Source of the DNA: Vicugna vicugna
Lineage: Eukaryota
Assembly (NCBI GenBank): GCA_013265495.1
Contig: MU061579.1
Location: forward strand, 854,872 to 891,822
Direction of reading: 5' to 3'
Length of the DNA: 36,951 bases
Shown here piece by piece: positions 33,613 to 36,951 of this stretch. The translations under genes were made by a program, and so were the position numbers. Position 1 is the stretch's first letter, and the number at the start of each line of letters is the position of its first letter. The notes beneath the pieces were generated by a model. That model worked only from the letters and a program-made list of their open reading frames with translations, had not been told where the DNA came from and ran no database searches.

Positions 33613-34009
33613 ATAAATTGCTTATTTTTTTCTAACTTCTAATCTATGCTTTCAGAAGTATATCCTTTGCTTTGATAGTGTATCTGGAGAGGTCTAATGA
33701 AGAAAGAAAAATCTGTGTATAGAAGATTTAGACACTATTATCACATTTTGGAGCAAAGGAAATATGTTTAGAGAGATTATTAGAGATTTTTAATCAAAAA
33801 TTTTCATTCTCTTGATCTACAATCAAGTGCCTTTTTATGGTCTTTTGAAGATTCCATTTTGTCTCTCAAGAAAAAAATAGAATAAAGTGAACTTTATTAT
33901 AGCTTGCTAATTTGAAGAATATCTTTTTCTATCAAAGAAATTAGATGTTGAACAAAATGGAAGAAGAAACCTATGTGATAGTAATTTATCTACAGTTAGA
34001 ATAAAATTG

Positions 34010-34268
34010 TTCTAATAAAATATAAAAATACTGAGTTATTAGATTTAAGTAAATTTTAACACAAATAAGTACTAACTATAATAGAAAAATTGAATAAATT
34101 TGACAGTATTAAGATTAATAATGTCTATTCATCAAAACACACTGCTGAGAGAATTAAAAAGCAATCCACACAGTGGGATAAGATATTTGCAGTGCATGTA
34201 TACAACAAAAGACATTATCTAGAATATGTAATAAATGGCTGCCAATGAAGTATATAAAGATGATGACA
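34010..34268 (+). mobile_element. Old L1 (L1MC/ME-like) ORF2 3' region, left part
   Basis: 'gaaaaattgaataaatttgac', 'tcatcaaaacacact', 'cacagtgggataagatatttgc', 'tatctagaatat'. Continues at 35068. Confidence 0.7.
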
Positions 34269-35067
34269 GCCAGAATGGCCATCATTGAAAAGTCTACAAA
34301 TGATAGATGCTGGAGAGGGTGTGGAGAAAAGGGAGCTGGTGGGTGTATAGGTTAGTGCATCCACTATGAAGGACAGTATGGAGATTCCTTAAAAAACTAG
34401 AAATAGACTTACCATATGATCTAGCAATCCCACTCCTAGGCATATACCTGGAAAAAAATAAAATTCAAAAAGACACATGCACCCCGATGTTCATAGTAGC
34501 ACTGTTTACATAGCCAAGACATGGAAACAACACAAATGTCCATCAACAGATGACTGGATAAAGAAGATGTGGTACTTATATACTGCATACTGAACAGTAT
34601 GCAGCCATAAAAAAAGAGTAAAATAATACCATTTGTAGCAACATGGATGGACCTGAAGATCATCATTTTAAATGAAGTGGGCTGGAAAGAGAAAGAAAAA
34701 TGCCATATAATATCACTTATATGTGAAATCTAAAATAATAATAATAATGACACAAATGAACTATTTATTATTTATAGCTTAGATGATTGATGTTTTGAAT
34801 ATGTGTAAGCACATTTGACTGTTCTTTATTATTGGATTATTACATTCTGTTGATTCTTATTTTGTGGTTGGCTTTATTCCATTGATAACTATGTAAGTTA
34901 AAAAAGCTAAAGCTCTAATCTATTCATACAAACAGCGATCAGTACATATATGTAAACTAAAAAGATGTGCAGTATATTGTATATATGTGTTTACATGCAA
35001 TATAATGTATATGTGCTGTCAAACTGTAATAATTCTACCTAATAAAACTGAAAAAGGAAAAAAAAAA
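34269..35067 (+). mobile_element. Younger 5'-truncated L1 nested in the old L1, with an atypical T-rich 3' tail and poly(A)
   Basis: 'cagaatggccatcattgaaaagtctacaaat...gtggagaaaaggga', 'gcaacatggatggacctgaag'. Tail shared with 7121-7317. AATAAA plus A-run. Confidence 0.9.
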
Positions 35068-35895
35068 GAAGACAATAGAAAAATGAGCAAAAGACTTGAA
35101 CAGGCACTTCACAAAGAAGATAACTAAATGGCCAAAAAGCATATAAAAAATGTACAAATCTACTAGTCACAAAGGAAATTTAACTTATAAAGCATAACAT
35201 GACACCTACTTACCTGCAAGAAGGTAAAAATGAAAAAGATGAAAAATGAAAATGCCAATTGTTGATGAGAAAGGGAAGCAAAGAGAACTCTCATTCTCTG
35301 TTGGTAAGAATGCAAACTGATACAATTTCTTTGATTCAAACTGAAGTATCTACTAAAGCTCAATAATTACATACCTTATGAGACAGTAATTCTACTCCTA
35401 GGTATATATTCAATAGTAATGTACATGTGTGTTCACCCCAAAACATGAGCAAAAGTGTTCAGTGATGCACTACCTGTAAAATCATACACTGTCAAAAGTC
35501 CCAAAGCCCCTTAAACAGTTAAATAAATGAATAATTTATAATACATTCATGTAATACAATACTATAGCAATTGGAATGAACACCCAAAACTTCACACAAG
35601 AAGGGTAATTCATGTTCATGTTCACATATCAGACACAAGTGTGATGTTGAGTGACAAACAACCAGAACTAACACACAAAACACAAACTGTGTGATTCCAT
35701 TTATCTAATATTGGAAAAACATGGCAAAGTTAATCTAAACTATAATCTCAGACACTGTGTTATTAATTTCTTCTGTTGAAAATAATCCCTGGGATTAGGA
35801 AAAAAAGTAGTGGCTTCTAGGATGTAGCAATGTTCTGTTCCTAGATCTAGGTTGGTCAAAAATGTATTAAGCTGTTCACATGTGATCTTTGCACT
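35068..35895 (+). mobile_element. Old L1 (L1MC/ME-like) continuation: ORF2 end and 3'UTR
   Basis: 'caatagaaaaatgagcaaaagacttgaacaggcacttcacaaagaagata', 'ctactcctaggtatatattcaa', 'tgtgattccatttat', 'gttctgttcctagatctagg'. Confidence 0.8.
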
Positions 35896-35898
35896 TGT

Positions 35899-36245
35899 GT
35901 TTTAAGTTTTTGCTCCATTTTGAGTTAATTTTTGTGAGTGGTGTGAGACAGAGTTTATTAGGAGACTGGTGTCACAGGCACTGAGCTGCTGTTGGGGGTA
36001 CTGGGGTTGTGGGTGCCATCATCATTGCTCCCTCAATTCCACTACTGCTCTCCTGGTTCAGCTGCCTCTACAAGGTCCAATCCATCCACCTTCAGAGTGG
36101 TGGATATGGGATGTGTGAATCTCTCCAGCATCCTGATGTGCTGTGCGGGGGAACCTTTGCTGGGTTATGGCAGTAAGTGACACTCAGTGTTATGTAGGCA
36201 TTGTTGGTATTGTTTCAATTGATCAATGCTAGCTGTCCAATAAGT
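35899..36245 (-). mobile_element. Small antisense L1-derived insert (short ORF2 piece plus GC-richer, possibly 5'UTR-like segment)
   Basis: 'ccattttgagttaatttttgtgagtggtgtgaga' is antisense ORF2. The following segment only loosely resembles L1 5'UTR. Confidence 0.35.
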
Positions 36246-36529
36246 TGATCTATACACATATTACACTTTAATTAAAATAGGAGATTATGTGTGTTTCACA
36301 TATACATCCAAGATGTTTCCAGGGAGATGAAAATCTGATCTACAAAGTCATTCAGGGACACGGACTTATGGGATTCTATCATCTTTAGTACATGGCTTTC
36401 AAAGTCAGTGTTGGCATTCATATTAGCAAAGAGAAAGTGAAAGAGTACAAAAAATAGCATGTGGAAATATTTTCATTTTTGGGTTTGTTTACTTTTAGCC
36501 AGACCTAGGACTGGTAGTGCTGCATTTGC

Positions 36530-36951
36530 TTTTTTTTTTTTTTTTAACATTTTTATTGATTCATAATCATTTTACAGTGTTGTGTCAAATTCCAGTGTTC
36601 AGTACAATTTTTCAGTCATACATGGACATTTACACACTCATTGTCACATTTTTTTCTCTGTGATTTATCATAACATTTTGTGTATATTTCCCTGTGCTAT
36701 ACAGTGTAATCTTGTTTATCTGTTCTACAATTTTGAAATCCCAGTCTATCCCTTCCCACCCTCTACCCCGCCCCCCCCCCCAGTAACCACAAGTCTGTAT
36801 TCTCTGTCCATGAGTCCATTTCTGTCCTGTATTTATGCTTTGTTTTTGTTTGTTTGTTTGTTTTTGTTTTTTAGATTCCACATATGAGCGATCTCATATG
36901 GTATTTTTCTTTCTCTTTCTGGCTTACTTCACTTAGAATGACATTCTCTAG
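36530..36951 (-). mobile_element. Young LINE-1 3' end, antisense, camelid-like; runs off the right edge
   Basis: Uninterrupted poly(T), then 'aacatttttattgattcataatcattttacagtgttgtgtcaaattccagtg', 'ttccctgtgctatacag', C-rich tract, 'ttagattccacatatgagcgatctcatatggtattt'. Confidence 0.93.

Overview
AT-rich, CpG-depleted mammalian genomic DNA with no supportable intact protein-coding gene, RNA gene or CRISPR array. The young LINE-1 3' end at the right edge resembles camelid (alpaca/camel-type) L1s, but that lineage call is an inference from memory. Much of the window is interspersed repeats: L1s of several ages, L2 and MIR relics, a hAT DNA-transposon relic, and about 11 solo LTRs, several with readable TG...CA ends and target-site duplications. 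Notable structures are a minus-strand retrocopy of only the EEF1A1 3'UTR, an L1 that keeps both termini but has internal deletions and splits an LTR, and two L1 copies sharing an atypical 3' tail, one of them 5'-inverted. The unique DNA holds speculative signs of spliced non-coding transcription: two plus-strand promoter/first-exon-like modules, a well-formed minus-strand 144-nt exon and a minus-strand recursive-splice-like site. All repeat family names come from recalled consensus sequences and need RepeatMasker/Dfam confirmation. I found no convincing novel multi-gene system.
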